Of a stretch of 64,000 bases of DNA, positions 63,317 to 64,000 are shown piece after piece; positions within the stretch are counted from its first letter, which is position 1, and each line of letters opens with the position of its first letter. Made by a program: the position numbers and the translations under genes. Source of the DNA: Setoptus koraiensis (taxonomy: Eukaryota > Animalia > Arthropoda); the NCBI GenBank assembly GCA_048013815.1, contig CM106586.1, positions 22,506,001 through 22,570,000 of the forward strand, in the 5' to 3' direction. The notes below the pieces were generated by a model. The model had not been told where the DNA came from, searched no databases, and was given only the letters and a program-made list of their open reading frames with translations.

Positions 63317-63967
63317 ATGAACATATTCCGTTTGTTTGGTGATCTATCCCATTTATTGGCCGTCATTATATTACTTCAAAAAATATGGAAGTCACGATCA
63401 TGTGCTGGAATCTCCGGCAAAAGTCAAGTGTTGTTCGCACTTGTATACACGTGTCGTTATCTGGATTTATTTACTGATTTCATTTCATTATATAACACAA
63501 TCATGAAGATTATATTTATAGCATCCTCTTATGCGACAATCTATCTAATTTATCATAAATTCAAAACAACATATGCAAAGGCCCAGGATACATTTCGCAT
63601 CGAATATATATTGGGCGCAGTTTTTCTCTTTGCATTGGTTATCCACGAGAGAGGTACTAATAGGTCAATTATCTTAGAAATTCTTTGGACACTATCTATT
63701 TATTTGGAGGCAGTCGCCATTCTTCCGCAATTATTTATGATTACGAAAACAGGAGAGGCCGAAACCATCACTTCTCATTATTTATTCTGCCTTGGAATTT
63801 ATAGGGGTCTATACATTTTGAATTGGATATACCGTTACTATTTCGAAGGCTTTCATGAGTGGATAGTAATTCTTGCTGGAGTACTACAAACTGTATTGTA
63901 TTGTGACTTTTTCTATTTATATATAACCAAGGTGGTGAGAGGAAATAGGCTGAGATTGCCAGCGTAA
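63317..63967 (+). CDS. KDELR: ER lumen protein-retaining (KDEL) receptor, intronless
   Basis: [45 protein letters not shown] and [12 protein letters not shown] motifs. Confidence 0.98.
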   Translation: MNIFRLFGDLSHLLAVIILLQKIWKSRSCAGISGKSQVLFALVYTCRYLDLFTDFISLYNTIMKIIFIASSYATIYLIYHKFKTTYAKAQDTFRIEYILGAVFLFALVIHERGTNRSIILEILWTLSIYLEAVAILPQLFMITKTGEAETITSHYLFCLGIYRGLYILNWIYRYYFEGFHEWIVILAGVLQTVLYCDFFYLYITKVVRGNRLRLPA

Positions 63968-64000
63968 ATTATCGCACGTCCAGCATATTAATAAAGCAAG

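Overview
Eukaryotic genomic DNA from an arthropod. The very intron-poor genes and microsatellite-rich noncoding tracts suggest a compact mite genome, possibly eriophyoid-like (inference). I found no rRNA, tRNA, CRISPR array or intact transposon. Gene order: partial lipase (+); secreted orphan (+); an isolated first coding exon of ANKS1 (-); SPT4 (+); EMC6 (-); a CUPID-domain protein lacking FERM (+); UROD (+); a Q-rich protein ending in a Tc1/mariner-type bipartite HTH (+); a VPS28 pseudogene (+); an orphan (+); an astacin-EGF-CUB protease (-); a Y-box protein (-); two tandem phosphoglycerate kinases (+); two SPSB/gustavus paralogs (-) plus a third SOCS-box remnant; a GC-rich patchwork of short tandem arrays; two divergent secreted orphans; ZFYVE26/spastizin (-); KDEL receptor (+). 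The strongest candidate for new biology is the second PGK copy. It is a chimeric gene in which a signal peptide and a Cys/charged extension are fused in frame to an essentially unchanged PGK, giving a putatively secreted glycolytic kinase.
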